The position numbers were made by a program, and so were the translations under genes. From positions 920,007-984,006 of the forward strand of contig JACROE010000002.1 of the NCBI GenBank assembly GCA_016214565.1: DNA of 64,000 bases. Reading direction: 5' to 3'. The stretch's first letter is position 1. Every line of letters starts with the position of its first letter. This stretch comes from Candidatus Kerfeldbacteria bacterium (GTDB lineage: Bacteria > Patescibacteriota > Patescibacteriia > UBA10025 > JAHIVO01). Shown here piece after piece: positions 27,216 through 36,610 of this stretch. The notes beneath the pieces were generated by a model that did no database searches, was not told the origin of the DNA, and was given only the letters and a program-made list of their open reading frames with translations.

Positions 27216-28139
27216 ATGTCACGATCAAATGCTTATTGGTTAGCCTTGGGTACCGCCCTCATTTCTGGGTTTTCTAATTATCTCGCAAAAATAGCGGTCA
27301 CCGTCGTTTCTGACCCGGTGGTATTCACCTTGCTTAAGAATGCAGTTGTTGCGGTTCTGCTCGTGGGTATTATTGCTTTTGTCTCTCGATTCCGCGAGTG
27401 GCGCAGACTTTCTCGTCAGCAATGGGTACGGCTGATAACAATCGGGGTAGTCGGGGGGAGTATCCCATTTATTTTATTTTTTGTTGGCTTAACTAAGACG
27501 ACAGCCTTGAGCGGTGGATTGATTCACAAAACTCTATTTATTTGGGTGGCGCTTCTCGCTGTTCCATTTCTCAAAGAGCGTATCACCGCACTCCAGGGAG
27601 CCGCCTTTATTTTGCTTATTCTTGGCAATTTCATGCTCGGCGGAGTAAAAGGATTTTCCTGGGGAACTGGCGAGCTCATGATACTTGCCGCAACACTCTT
27701 TTGGGCGGTAGAAAATATTATTGCTAAGAAAGTTTTGGCAGATTTGAGTAGCATCACGGTGGCTGGAGCGCGCATGGCATTTGGTTCAGTTATTTTGGCT
27801 GTTGTTGTATTGTTCCAGGGCAACTTTGATATGATATTTACGCTAACTGGTACGCAGTGGCTCTGGACACTGATACCGGCTGCGTTACTGCTTGGGTATG
27901 TCACCACGTGGTACACGGCGCTTAAATACGCGCGTGCTTCAATTGTGGCTTCATTGCTGGTACCCGCGACATTTATTACCAATATTTTGACTCAAGTACT
28001 CCAAGATAAAACGATGACTCCAGCGCAGATCAGTAGCGGCGTCGCCATCTGTCTTGGTATTGGGCTGCTTCTTTGGGAATTGTTCCGTCAGCGATCACAA
28101 TCATATCAATATGCAGCCGACGCTCACCGCACAAATTGA
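27216..28139 (+). CDS. EamA/DMT-family transporter
   Basis: 10 TM helices in two duplicated EamA halves. Confidence 0.7.
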   Translation: MSRSNAYWLALGTALISGFSNYLAKIAVTVVSDPVVFTLLKNAVVAVLLVGIIAFVSRFREWRRLSRQQWVRLITIGVVGGSIPFILFFVGLTKTTALSGGLIHKTLFIWVALLAVPFLKERITALQGAAFILLILGNFMLGGVKGFSWGTGELMILAATLFWAVENIIAKKVLADLSSITVAGARMAFGSVILAVVVLFQGNFDMIFTLTGTQWLWTLIPAALLLGYVTTWYTALKYARASIVASLLVPATFITNILTQVLQDKTMTPAQISSGVAICLGIGLLLWELFRQRSQSYQYAADAHRTN

Positions 28140-28866
28140 TGGTATCAGTAAATGCGCGCGATACGCTTTCGGCCCCAATATTCAGCGGATGTGCGGACCT
28201 GACATGCAGCGGCAGCTTGGTTCATATATTGATGCCCATACTGCTGATCCTGGGTTAAGCCGTATACTTGAGCAATTTCAAACATTACACCCATATCTTG
28301 AAACTATCGCTCATGCAAACCATATTGCTGATCCTTTTGATGTGCGCGTGGTAGAGGCGTATTGGCTCGGTAATGAATTGCTTGAACGGATTCCTCCCAA
28401 AACTTTTTATGCGCATATGGTTGATAAGCTTCGTTTAAAAGCGAAGACGAGCTCTAAAAGTTTTGAGGAGTTGTCAACGAAATTGCCGCTCGGCGCTCGG
28501 ATGCATCATTCGTTTCACGTATTTAATGTGTATAAGCGAACCGGCCATCATGAAATTTTGCATACGCTGCAAAGTATGGATACGTGCCGCATCAGTTGGG
28601 GGAAGGTAACGCATGTGGTTGGTCCGCGCATTACTGTCGATCGTCAGCCGCTGCTCATAGATGGCCACCGACTCTACCTTGGTCCGGCTGAATCAGTTAA
28701 TGTCACTCGTCGCTTGGATGACGATTGGACATTTGAAAATCTGCAGATTGGGGATTACATCAGTATGCATTGGGGCATGCCCTGCGAAATCATTACTCCG
28801 CGCAATGTGCATTGGTTGTCTCACTATACGCAAAAGCACCTGGCACTGGCTAATACGACATTGTAA
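28111..28866 (+). CDS. hypothetical His-rich protein upstream of the hydrogenase maturation protease-like gene
   Basis: ORF 28054..28866, start moved to the ATG at 28111 to limit overlap with the transporter gene; no recognisable motif. Confidence 0.35.
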   Translation: MQPTLTAQIDGISKCARYAFGPNIQRMCGPDMQRQLGSYIDAHTADPGLSRILEQFQTLHPYLETIAHANHIADPFDVRVVEAYWLGNELLERIPPKTFYAHMVDKLRLKAKTSSKSFEELSTKLPLGARMHHSFHVFNVYKRTGHHEILHTLQSMDTCRISWGKVTHVVGPRITVDRQPLLIDGHRLYLGPAESVNVTRRLDDDWTFENLQIGDYISMHWGMPCEIITPRNVHWLSHYTQKHLALANTTL

Positions 28867-28869
28867 GGT

Positions 28870-29253
28870 ATGGCAGAGATTTGGATATTTGGAAACCAAG
28901 ATGTAGCTCAGGATGCGCTGCCGGTGCAGCTCATGCCCCGTTTGCAGCGGGAATTTACCCAACATAGGTTTACGCATCAAGATCCACTCGATGAGTGGGA
29001 AATGCCTGATCCATTATATTTGATAGATACCGTCGAGGGTGTGAACGTGGTTAGTGTTTTCACTTCGCTTGATGCATTTCAACAAGCCCCACATGTCACC
29101 ATGCACGACTTTGATTTGGGCACTCAACTCCAGTTTATGAATAAGCTGGGTAAGCTGCCTAAGCAATTATTTATTTTTGGGATACCGTCCCATCTGAGCG
29201 CTGCTGTAGCTTATGACCAGCTCGTACAGCTGCTCCGTCAATACGGACTTTGA
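28870..29253 (+). CDS. hydrogenase maturation endopeptidase-like protein (HybD/HycI family)
   Basis: 127 aa; IWIFGNQDVAQD, LIDTVEG and IFGIPSHL parallel the GNxxxxDE, ADA and GxxPE..H Ni-binding segments of HybD/HycI; 3-prime end overlaps the convergent hydrogenase large-subunit gene. Confidence 0.45.
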   Translation: MAEIWIFGNQDVAQDALPVQLMPRLQREFTQHRFTHQDPLDEWEMPDPLYLIDTVEGVNVVSVFTSLDAFQQAPHVTMHDFDLGTQLQFMNKLGKLPKQLFIFGIPSHLSAAVAYDQLVQLLRQYGL

Positions 29254-30526
29254 GAAAATGGGAGGCACAGCTCATGCACGGGTCGTACGCACGAATGAGC
29301 TTTTCCATTTCTAATTGCAGCGTATCAGCATCCGGATCGCTGGGTAATAATTCTTCAATGCGTCGGGCTAAGTCTTGCTCAATGTTAATTTGATTTTGGC
29401 CGGTCGGGACGACAATGTCACCTTTAATCACTTTTCCGTCTGTGCCGATAGTTACGCGATGATAGAGCGTACCGCGCGGGGCTTCAACGACGCCGATTCC
29501 GGTGCCTTTTTCGAGCGTCGGTTGAGCCAATGGCTCTGCTTTAAATTGCGTTGATTGAAGTAATTCAATGCTATGATCGAGGCAGTGAAGTATCTCGATA
29601 GCTTGGGCAAGATTATTGTGAAAAATGTTAGTTGAGGGGAATGATGCGAGTGCGTCAGCCGCGTCTTTTTTGGTTGCCGGATGCAGGGTTTCTTTTGCTA
29701 AATTGATTCGCGCTAAGGCCCCAACCATAAAGGATTGACCTTTAAATTTATATCCGGAGGCGTGTGAATAGGGGATAATCGTATGTTCCAGGTGGTTACG
29801 ATAGTCTTTCTCTTCGATGTAATCGCCTTGGTCGCTTACAATGTGTCCTTCAAGGAAGGAGAACGGTCGTGCCACCATGGCCATAAATTTCGTTTGGCGA
29901 TCAAAGCGGTCCTTGGCTTCTGCAAATATTTTAATGGTACGCAAAACAGCAGGTCGGGCTGCTTCTAATTTTTGCACTGCAGTGGCTATTTCCTCGGGCT
30001 TGGGGATACCGGCGAACCCGCCAATCTGCGGCTTGATCGCATGAACTGATCGGCCGGCGATAATAATCGATAAATAGTTACCGGCAGCCTTAATCTCAAA
30101 TGCGTCATGCAATATTTGATGCTCGTCTGGTTTATTTTCATCAAACTCCAAAAATGAATCCTTGCCGAACATATCTGGCATGGCAAATAAATAGAGATGT
30201 AGTGCGTGATCTCGTATATTCAATCCATACATGGTCAAATGTTTGAGTTTGATCGCTTGTTCAGATAACTGAAAACCAAGCGCCTTTTCACACGCTTCGA
30301 TACTCGCGAGAAGGTGGGCATTAGAGCAGGTGCCGCAAATGCGCGCAAGGAGTGTCGGTAGGGCGCGGTAGGGTTTACCACGCATGCCCTGGGTATAAAA
30401 TCGTTTATACTCGGATATGCCAAATCGACAGTGCTCAACTTTTCCGCCCGCAATTTTGACATCCAGCGTTGCTGAACCTTCAACTTTAGTAATTTCTTTC
30501 TTTAGAGTGAGATCGAGCAGGTGCAT
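29171..30526 (-). CDS. [NiFe] hydrogenase large (catalytic) subunit
   Basis: N-terminal L1 motif RICGTCSNAH and C-terminal L2 motif DPCMSCASH followed by a 28-aa cleavable extension. Confidence 0.85.
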   Translation of the reverse strand: MHLLDLTLKKEITKVEGSATLDVKIAGGKVEHCRFGISEYKRFYTQGMRGKPYRALPTLLARICGTCSNAHLLASIEACEKALGFQLSEQAIKLKHLTMYGLNIRDHALHLYLFAMPDMFGKDSFLEFDENKPDEHQILHDAFEIKAAGNYLSIIIAGRSVHAIKPQIGGFAGIPKPEEIATAVQKLEAARPAVLRTIKIFAEAKDRFDRQTKFMAMVARPFSFLEGHIVSDQGDYIEEKDYRNHLEHTIIPYSHASGYKFKGQSFMVGALARINLAKETLHPATKKDAADALASFPSTNIFHNNLAQAIEILHCLDHSIELLQSTQFKAEPLAQPTLEKGTGIGVVEAPRGTLYHRVTIGTDGKVIKGDIVVPTGQNQINIEQDLARRIEELLPSDPDADTLQLEMEKLIRAYDPCMSCASHFLKVRIDGAAVRAGHKLQQRSDGTVSQK

Positions 30527-31044
30527 TATGCAACTATGTTAAATTCTGTAAGTAATGAATCAAGTGCTTCTAAAAAAGTTTTTTCATTCATCGGACACCC
30601 AGGAATATTCACATCAACCGTTATAACCTCGGAAAGCTTTTGCACTTTCTGTAGATAGTTAAATTGATTCAGCACCATTTGGATTTCTTTAAGCCGTTCG
30701 GGATCAAAGTCATTTCGCTGGGCAGAGGGTAGGCCATCGACTGCACAGGCACCAATGGCTACCACCTTTTTCGACAATGAACGAATTTTTTTTACCATAT
30801 CAACTTGTTCTTGCGAAGCAAGCGCACCTTCGATAAATGCGACATCCATAGCATCAAGAACATTATGGGTCTGCAGTACACGAGCGTGACGGATGTCGAG
30901 GATTTTCTTCCAAAGCTCCCAGCGGTCATTCATGAGCTCAGTAAAAACAATTGTTGAATCCTCACAACAGGAGAAACTAAACCAGCCAATGCGTAGTTTT
31001 TTTCCAGTCAGTGTTGGTTTATTGATAGCTGATGATGTTTGCAT
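30526..31044 (-). CDS. [NiFe] hydrogenase small subunit, NuoB-like (proximal Fe-S cluster only)
   Basis: 172 aa; Cys ligands in SFSCCED, GACAVDG, IPGCP as in NuoB/HycG-type small subunits; translationally coupled to the large subunit. Confidence 0.7.
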   Translation of the reverse strand: MQTSSAINKPTLTGKKLRIGWFSFSCCEDSTIVFTELMNDRWELWKKILDIRHARVLQTHNVLDAMDVAFIEGALASQEQVDMVKKIRSLSKKVVAIGACAVDGLPSAQRNDFDPERLKEIQMVLNQFNYLQKVQKLSEVITVDVNIPGCPMNEKTFLEALDSLLTEFNIVA

Positions 31045-31174
31045 AGGCGTGTCGATAGTATAACATTTATGAAGTAATTGTAAAATTTTTCAATTTTTTT
31101 GCGGTTTTGGTGGTGCACGATGTTAGTTTTTAGCATAGATGCTTTAGTGATTCTAGTCTTTGCTGAAAGGGATG

Positions 31175-31203
31175 TTGACCATACGCGTAAAATATGGTAG
31201 TAT
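31175..31203 (+). promoter_or_regulatory. sigma-70-like promoter (TTGACC-17 nt-TAGTAT) upstream of ftsB-like gene
   Basis: hexamers read directly. Confidence 0.35.
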
Positions 31204-31225
31204 TGACGCACTCTTTTATTGACTT

Positions 31226-31660
31226 GTGATTTACTTGGCCATGGTTGAATCATCACGAAAAAAACAAGAATACACATCGTTACTTTCTCGTCTGATACAT
31301 TCTCGAGCGCTTATTATTGGAGAGATTATCGTATTGGTTGTTTTGGCAAGCGCTGTTGGCAAAGAAATTATTCGCAAGTATCAAATCCAACATGAAATAG
31401 CCGCTTTGCAAGAACAGGCAGAATCATTGGCGAGCACAAATCAGCAATTACAGCAGTTAATTACATACTTTGAAAGTGATGCGTATGCGGAAGAGCAGGC
31501 TCGCTTGAAATTAGGTTTGCAGAAACCGGGCGAATCGGTGGTGACGGTTTTAGGTGCCGAAACGGACGTTGCGAGTGTTACCATGGCACCGGAATCTAAT
31601 ACAACTACCGATGGCGTTGAGCAGAGCAATCCACGTCGTTGGTTGAATTATTTTTTCTAA
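31226..31660 (+). CDS. ftsB: septum formation initiator family protein (FtsB/DivIC-like)
   Basis: single TM (IIGEIIVLVVLASAV) followed by a coiled-coil (IAALQEQAESLASTNQQLQQL) and LKLGLQKPGE. Confidence 0.6.
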   Translation: MIYLAMVESSRKKQEYTSLLSRLIHSRALIIGEIIVLVVLASAVGKEIIRKYQIQHEIAALQEQAESLASTNQQLQQLITYFESDAYAEEQARLKLGLQKPGESVVTVLGAETDVASVTMAPESNTTTDGVEQSNPRRWLNYFF

Positions 31661-31679
31661 GTTTATAATTATTTAATCA

Positions 31680-32843
31680 TTGTTTATTAGTATTATGCCC
31701 GAAGAGAAAAAGAAAGCAGGGAATCAGTCAGAAGTGAAACCCGTTGTGCCGACAGTTCAAACATCTTCATCAACGATGCCCTCGAAGCCAACTCAGTCTG
31801 TGGTGGCTCGGAGTAAGCGGATGATTTGGCTTGGCGTTGGCAGTGTTTTGGTTGGATTGGTGGTCATTCTTATAGTTATAGTTGTTGGTTTTTTTAGATT
31901 TGGTTGGGATAATTCATTTATGTCATCCATTGTTCGCGGTCTTAGGATCCCAGTAGCCTTGTACAATAACAGTCCGTTATCTTTTGATGATTATCAGACT
32001 GACATTGATACGCTCAATCATTTTTACGCCGCACAAGCTGAGGAAAATACCGGTCAAACGACAACACCGACTGCAACTTTTTTACAGAAGAGCGTACTAT
32101 CCCGTATTATTCGAGAACATTACACCGAACAGTTGGCCGAACAATATGATGTTACCGTGACCGCCGAGGAATTAAATTCAGAGTTTGACGCTGTTGTTGC
32201 CGAGGCCACAAGTGAAGAAGAGGTGGTTAGTACGTTAACTCGGCTTTATGAATGGACACCAGATCAATTTAAACAAAAAGTTTTACGTCCATATTTACTT
32301 CGCTCAAAACTAGAAACAGCAATTGGTAAAGACCAGTCATTAAATGCTGATGCAAAAACAGAGGCGGATTCTGTATTAGCGAAAATAAACGCGGGAGAAA
32401 TTACTTTTGAAGACGCTGCGAAGCAGTATAGTGATGATGTAACTGCATCATCAGGCGGTGATTTGGGTTTTTTCAGTACCGGTCAGATGGTGAGCGAATT
32501 TGAAACGGCCGCTTTTGCATTACAACCCGGAGAAACATCGGGTGTCGTGCAAACCCAATTTGGTTACCACATTATTCGAGTAACTGAGCGGGTGGCTGCG
32601 ACCGATGATGCGCCTGAGCAAGTAAGAGCTTCACATATTCTTTTTAAGGGAGTTGACTTAGATACCTATACCAATCAGCAGTTGGCCGAAGCCTCGATTG
32701 CAATTTTTCCGAAAGGACTGGAGTGGAAAGATGATTGCGGCCTGGTTTTAGGTGTTGAAGAAACCTGCGAACAAAATGAGCTGCTTGATGTTGCCCAGCA
32801 GACAAGCACCCCGACCGATAGCCAAACCCAGCCAGCTGAGTAG
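31680..32843 (+). CDS. parvulin-type peptidyl-prolyl cis-trans isomerase (PrsA/SurA-like), membrane-anchored
   Basis: N-terminal TM; rotamase domain DDVTASSGGDLGFFSTGQMVSEFETAAFALQPGETSGVVQTQFGYHII. Confidence 0.75.
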   Translation: MFISIMPEEKKKAGNQSEVKPVVPTVQTSSSTMPSKPTQSVVARSKRMIWLGVGSVLVGLVVILIVIVVGFFRFGWDNSFMSSIVRGLRIPVALYNNSPLSFDDYQTDIDTLNHFYAAQAEENTGQTTTPTATFLQKSVLSRIIREHYTEQLAEQYDVTVTAEELNSEFDAVVAEATSEEEVVSTLTRLYEWTPDQFKQKVLRPYLLRSKLETAIGKDQSLNADAKTEADSVLAKINAGEITFEDAAKQYSDDVTASSGGDLGFFSTGQMVSEFETAAFALQPGETSGVVQTQFGYHIIRVTERVAATDDAPEQVRASHILFKGVDLDTYTNQQLAEASIAIFPKGLEWKDDCGLVLGVEETCEQNELLDVAQQTSTPTDSQTQPAE

Positions 32844-32858
32844 CTGGCCGATTGGGAC

Positions 32859-32934
32859 TGGAGCCACCCGTCGGAGTCGAACCGACGACCTCTGCTTTAC
32901 GAAAGCATTGCTCTACCAACTGAGCTAGGGTGGC
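32859..32934 (-). tRNA. tRNA-Thr (anticodon CGT), CCA encoded
   Basis: reverse complement gccaccc-ta-gctc-agttggta-gagc-a-atgct-ttCGTaa-agcag-aggtc-gtcgg-ttcgact-ccgac-gggtggc-tcca folds as a cloverleaf. Confidence 0.8.
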
Positions 32935-32955
32935 ACCTGTCGAGCGGAAGCTCGA

Positions 32956-33029
32956 TGGAGCGGGTAACGGGAGTCGAACCCGTGCTTCGACCTTGGGAAG
33001 GTCACGTACTACCGTTATACTATACCCGC
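32956..33029 (-). tRNA. tRNA-Gly (anticodon CCC), CCA encoded
   Basis: reverse complement gcgggta-...-tgacc-ttCCCaa-ggtcg-...-acggg-ttcgact-cccgt-tacccgc-tcca. Confidence 0.8.
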
Positions 33030-33063
33030 AGGTGAGACTTGAGTATACAAAAATAGTTGTATT

Positions 33064-34623
33064 ATGAAAAGATATTCATTTCTGCTTACCTTGTCAATTG
33101 TTACCTTCTTTCTTGGCATTGGCTTTGATGCGCATGCGTTAGCAGCGGAGGAGCGGGTTCGATTTTCAGCAGAAGCTATGTTACGCGGGTATACCGCTGA
33201 TTTTCGACAGACTACCCACCCGACGTGGGGAGATTTGCGTGTCGGTATTTTGCCGGATTTAGTCAACGAGCAAATTGACCTGTATATGAAGGAGTTTGAT
33301 GGGTCAAAATTCCCAGACCCAGCTGGAATGGTACGGGTGAGTGATTATTTTATTTATGACATCCTTCGACAAGATCAATCTTCGAAGGAACCGCTCAAAT
33401 TGAACAAACCGTTTTACTTGGCCCTGAGGTTTAATTCGGGAAATTTATGGCGGAAACGAATATTTTTTTGGACAGGAACCGCTGAAGGATGGCGGCCGCT
33501 TCCCTCTAATATTGATTACACGAATGGATATGTGCGAGCCATAACGCATTTACCATTTTCTCGGATAGCGGTTTTTGAAGACCATAATGGAACTGAAGGA
33601 TATGCATCATGGTACCGATCAAGCCGATATCCTTACGGGGCCGCCAGCAACGATTTTCCAATTGGGACAAAATTGCGTGTGCGTAATGTCAATAACGGTA
33701 AAATTGTTGACGTGGAGGTAGTCTCAACCGGTCCCTTCACTCCGTTTAGCGAACGACGCGTCATTGATTTGTCGCTTACCGCATTTCAGCAAATTGAAGA
33801 ATCATGGAAAGGAACTGCGAAAGTACAGGTATGGCGGATCGATGCTGGTGTGGTGCTCGGGGCTGAGACAAAAGCAGTCGCTGAACCAAATATTGCTTCA
33901 ACCGCCGCTATCGCCCTGTCTCGTAACACTGGGGCGATTTTGTATTCAAAAAATTACGATAAACAATTACCACTTGCAAGTATTACAAAACTGATGACAG
34001 CATTAGTTTTTTTAGATACTCACACGTCTTTTGATACCCTAGTTACCTATGCATCAAGCGATGATGCTGCTGGCGCACGACTATCTATTACGCCTGGCGA
34101 ACAACTGCGAGTAAAAGATTTATGGTTTACCATGTTAGTTGGATCAGCAAACAATGCCGCTAACGCACTAGCCAGAGCGAGCGGTCTTTCTCGAGAATTA
34201 TTTGTACAAAAGATGAATTTGAAGGCTCAGCAGCTAGGTTTAGCAAAAACAAAGTTTGTTGATGTGACTGGTCTGGATCTTGGCAATACCTCTACAGTGT
34301 ATGATATTGCGCAATTAGCAAAACACGCATTTGGCAAATGGGATATCTTGCAAGCTACGACCACGTGGTCATACGGCTTTATTACCAGCACAGGGACGCC
34401 GCACACGATTAAAAATACTGCAAAAGGTATGCAGGGGAGCTCACTGGTTATTACCGGTATGAAAACGGGGTACCTTGATGAGGCGGGGTATTGTTTTGTG
34501 ACAAAAGCAAGTAGCGCTCGTGGCGCGCCAGAAGTAATATCGGTAGTCCTTGGCGCTGCATCTGACGTACAACGTTGGGCCGAGACCAACGCATTGCTTC
34601 AGTACGGATTAAATTTAATTTAA
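33064..34623 (+). CDS. fusion of an RlpA-like double-psi beta-barrel domain and a D-alanyl-D-alanine carboxypeptidase (S11, PBP5-like)
   Basis: signal peptide; DPBB segment YASWYRS...GTKLRVRNVNNGKIVDVEVVSTGPF; SxxK (SITKLM), SxN (GSANNAA), KTG (MKTGYLD) motifs. Confidence 0.75.
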   Translation: MKRYSFLLTLSIVTFFLGIGFDAHALAAEERVRFSAEAMLRGYTADFRQTTHPTWGDLRVGILPDLVNEQIDLYMKEFDGSKFPDPAGMVRVSDYFIYDILRQDQSSKEPLKLNKPFYLALRFNSGNLWRKRIFFWTGTAEGWRPLPSNIDYTNGYVRAITHLPFSRIAVFEDHNGTEGYASWYRSSRYPYGAASNDFPIGTKLRVRNVNNGKIVDVEVVSTGPFTPFSERRVIDLSLTAFQQIEESWKGTAKVQVWRIDAGVVLGAETKAVAEPNIASTAAIALSRNTGAILYSKNYDKQLPLASITKLMTALVFLDTHTSFDTLVTYASSDDAAGARLSITPGEQLRVKDLWFTMLVGSANNAANALARASGLSRELFVQKMNLKAQQLGLAKTKFVDVTGLDLGNTSTVYDIAQLAKHAFGKWDILQATTTWSYGFITSTGTPHTIKNTAKGMQGSSLVITGMKTGYLDEAGYCFVTKASSARGAPEVISVVLGAASDVQRWAETNALLQYGLNLI

Positions 34624-34637
34624 GGATTTACGATAGC

Positions 34638-35306
34638 ATGTCACTGATCCAAATACAGAATGTTGTCAAAACGTATTCGCCCGATAAGCCCAATTCGTTT
34701 ACCGCATTGCATGGGGTATCGCTGAATGTGGAAGCTGGAGAATTTGTCACGATTATGGGTGTGTCCGGTTCTGGGAAATCAACACTCATGAATATTATCG
34801 GTTGCCTGGATCAATTAACTTTAGGCTCGTATCGGTTTGACGGTGAGCTTATATCTGAAAAAAGTTCAGCAGACCTCGTTAAAATACGACGTCATAAAAT
34901 TGGATTTGTATTTCAAAATTTCAATCTTTTACCGCGCTACTCAGCCTTGGCAAACGTAGAGCTACCGTTAATCTATCAGGGTATTCATGCGCATGAGCGG
35001 CATCAGCGCGCGCGCCAAGTTCTTGAGCAGGTTGGCCTGGGAAATAAAACGATGAGTAAGCCGGCCATGCTATCCGGAGGAGAGCAGCAGCGGGTGGCGA
35101 TTGCTCGTGCCCTGATAACTAAGCCATCAATAATACTGGCTGATGAACCGACAGGAAATCTCGATTCGGCAAGCGGTTCGCAAATAATGAATATTTTACA
35201 AACGCTGAATAATCAAGGTGTAACCATAATTGTTGTAACTCACGATCCAAACGTAGCAGCTCAAACAAAGCGTACGGTGCACATAATTGATGGAAAAATC
35301 GAATAA
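34638..35306 (+). CDS. ABC transporter ATP-binding protein (MacB/LolD-like)
   Basis: Walker [10 protein letters not shown], signature [15 protein letters not shown], Walker [12 protein letters not shown]. Confidence 0.85.
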   Translation: MSLIQIQNVVKTYSPDKPNSFTALHGVSLNVEAGEFVTIMGVSGSGKSTLMNIIGCLDQLTLGSYRFDGELISEKSSADLVKIRRHKIGFVFQNFNLLPRYSALANVELPLIYQGIHAHERHQRARQVLEQVGLGNKTMSKPAMLSGGEQQRVAIARALITKPSIILADEPTGNLDSASGSQIMNILQTLNNQGVTIIVVTHDPNVAAQTKRTVHIIDGKIE

Positions 35307-36595
35307 TGTTTATTAAATTACTTCAAAACATTAAATTAGCGCTGCAGGCAGTCTGGGCAAAGAAGATTCGATCGCTCTTAACTATGCTCGGAGTTATTAT
35401 TGGCGTATTTTCTATTGTTACACTTATTGCTTTAGGTGAAGGAGTACAGCAGGAAGTAACAGGGCAAATCGAGGGTCTTGGTTCGAATTTATTATTTGTT
35501 ACGCCAGGAAATATTGACCCCGAGTCTGCCGGAGCCACTTCAGGTAGTGCTTTTGTTGGTGCCAGCACATTAACGGAATCCGATCTTCCCAAATTAGAGA
35601 GTTTGCCGGGCGTTAAACACGTTGTTCCGATGGCGCTGCTTGCCTCTCCTGTATCAGCGACCATGCCGATAAATGGCGCGGCTGGGGGGACCCCCGGCTC
35701 TACGCCATCAGCACAGAGCGCTGCCATGGTTATGGGAAGCACAATAGCAGTTCGCGAGGCTTTTACGGGACAAGTGACTGAAGGCGAGGAATATGGTCGG
35801 ATGTTCACGCAAGAGGAATATGACAGTGCAGCGCGTGTTGTGGTCGGCTTTTCAGGTGCAATGGAGAAATTATTTCCTGGACGACCGATCAGTGAACTAA
35901 TCAATGAAACGGTCTATATTGGTAAAGAAAAGTTTACAGTCGTCGGGTTACTCCAAGCTGATCAGTCGTCAAGTATGTTTGGTCAGAGCGAGTTTTCAAA
36001 CATTATGATAATTCCGTTTACGACAGCAAAAGAAATTAGTGCGAGTTTACAAATTAATCGTATTATCATAACGAGTCAGGAGACTGAAAATGTCCAAGAT
36101 TTGCAGAATACCGTCGAGGCTACCTTACTTGAGAGTCATGAGGGCGTCGATGATTTTTCGGTATTGACACAAGAAGATTTACTCGCTGTATTTAACGATG
36201 TTTTAGGAGTGATTACCGGAATGTTATCTGGTATTGCAGCAATTTCATTGTTAGTTGGCGGCATTGGTGTGATGAATATAATGCTCGTTTCAGTGACCGA
36301 GCGAGTGAAAGAAATTGGGTTACGGAAGGCAATTGGCGCTTCATCGTATGATATATTGATTCAATTTTTGGTTGAAGCAATGTTTTTAACTTTTTTAGGC
36401 GGAGCCATTGGTATTGGTTTAGCCTTTATTACAGGATTTATTCTTGAAGCAAAAATTGGCTTATCACCGATTATTAGTATTGAAACGATGCTGCTGGCCT
36501 TTGTTTTCACTGCGTTGGTGGGCGTATTTTTTGGAGTTGCGCCAGCCATTCGTGCCGCTCGACTCGATCCGATTAATGCGCTAAAATATGAATGA
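35306..36595 (+). CDS. ABC transporter permease, MacB/FtsX-like family
   Basis: N-terminal TM, large extracytoplasmic domain, C-terminal 3-TM FtsX-type module; ATGA coupling to the ATPase gene. Confidence 0.8.
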   Translation: MFIKLLQNIKLALQAVWAKKIRSLLTMLGVIIGVFSIVTLIALGEGVQQEVTGQIEGLGSNLLFVTPGNIDPESAGATSGSAFVGASTLTESDLPKLESLPGVKHVVPMALLASPVSATMPINGAAGGTPGSTPSAQSAAMVMGSTIAVREAFTGQVTEGEEYGRMFTQEEYDSAARVVVGFSGAMEKLFPGRPISELINETVYIGKEKFTVVGLLQADQSSSMFGQSEFSNIMIIPFTTAKEISASLQINRIIITSQETENVQDLQNTVEATLLESHEGVDDFSVLTQEDLLAVFNDVLGVITGMLSGIAAISLLVGGIGVMNIMLVSVTERVKEIGLRKAIGASSYDILIQFLVEAMFLTFLGGAIGIGLAFITGFILEAKIGLSPIISIETMLLAFVFTALVGVFFGVAPAIRAARLDPINALKYE

Positions 36596-36610
36596 GGGAG
36601 TTTTTAACGC

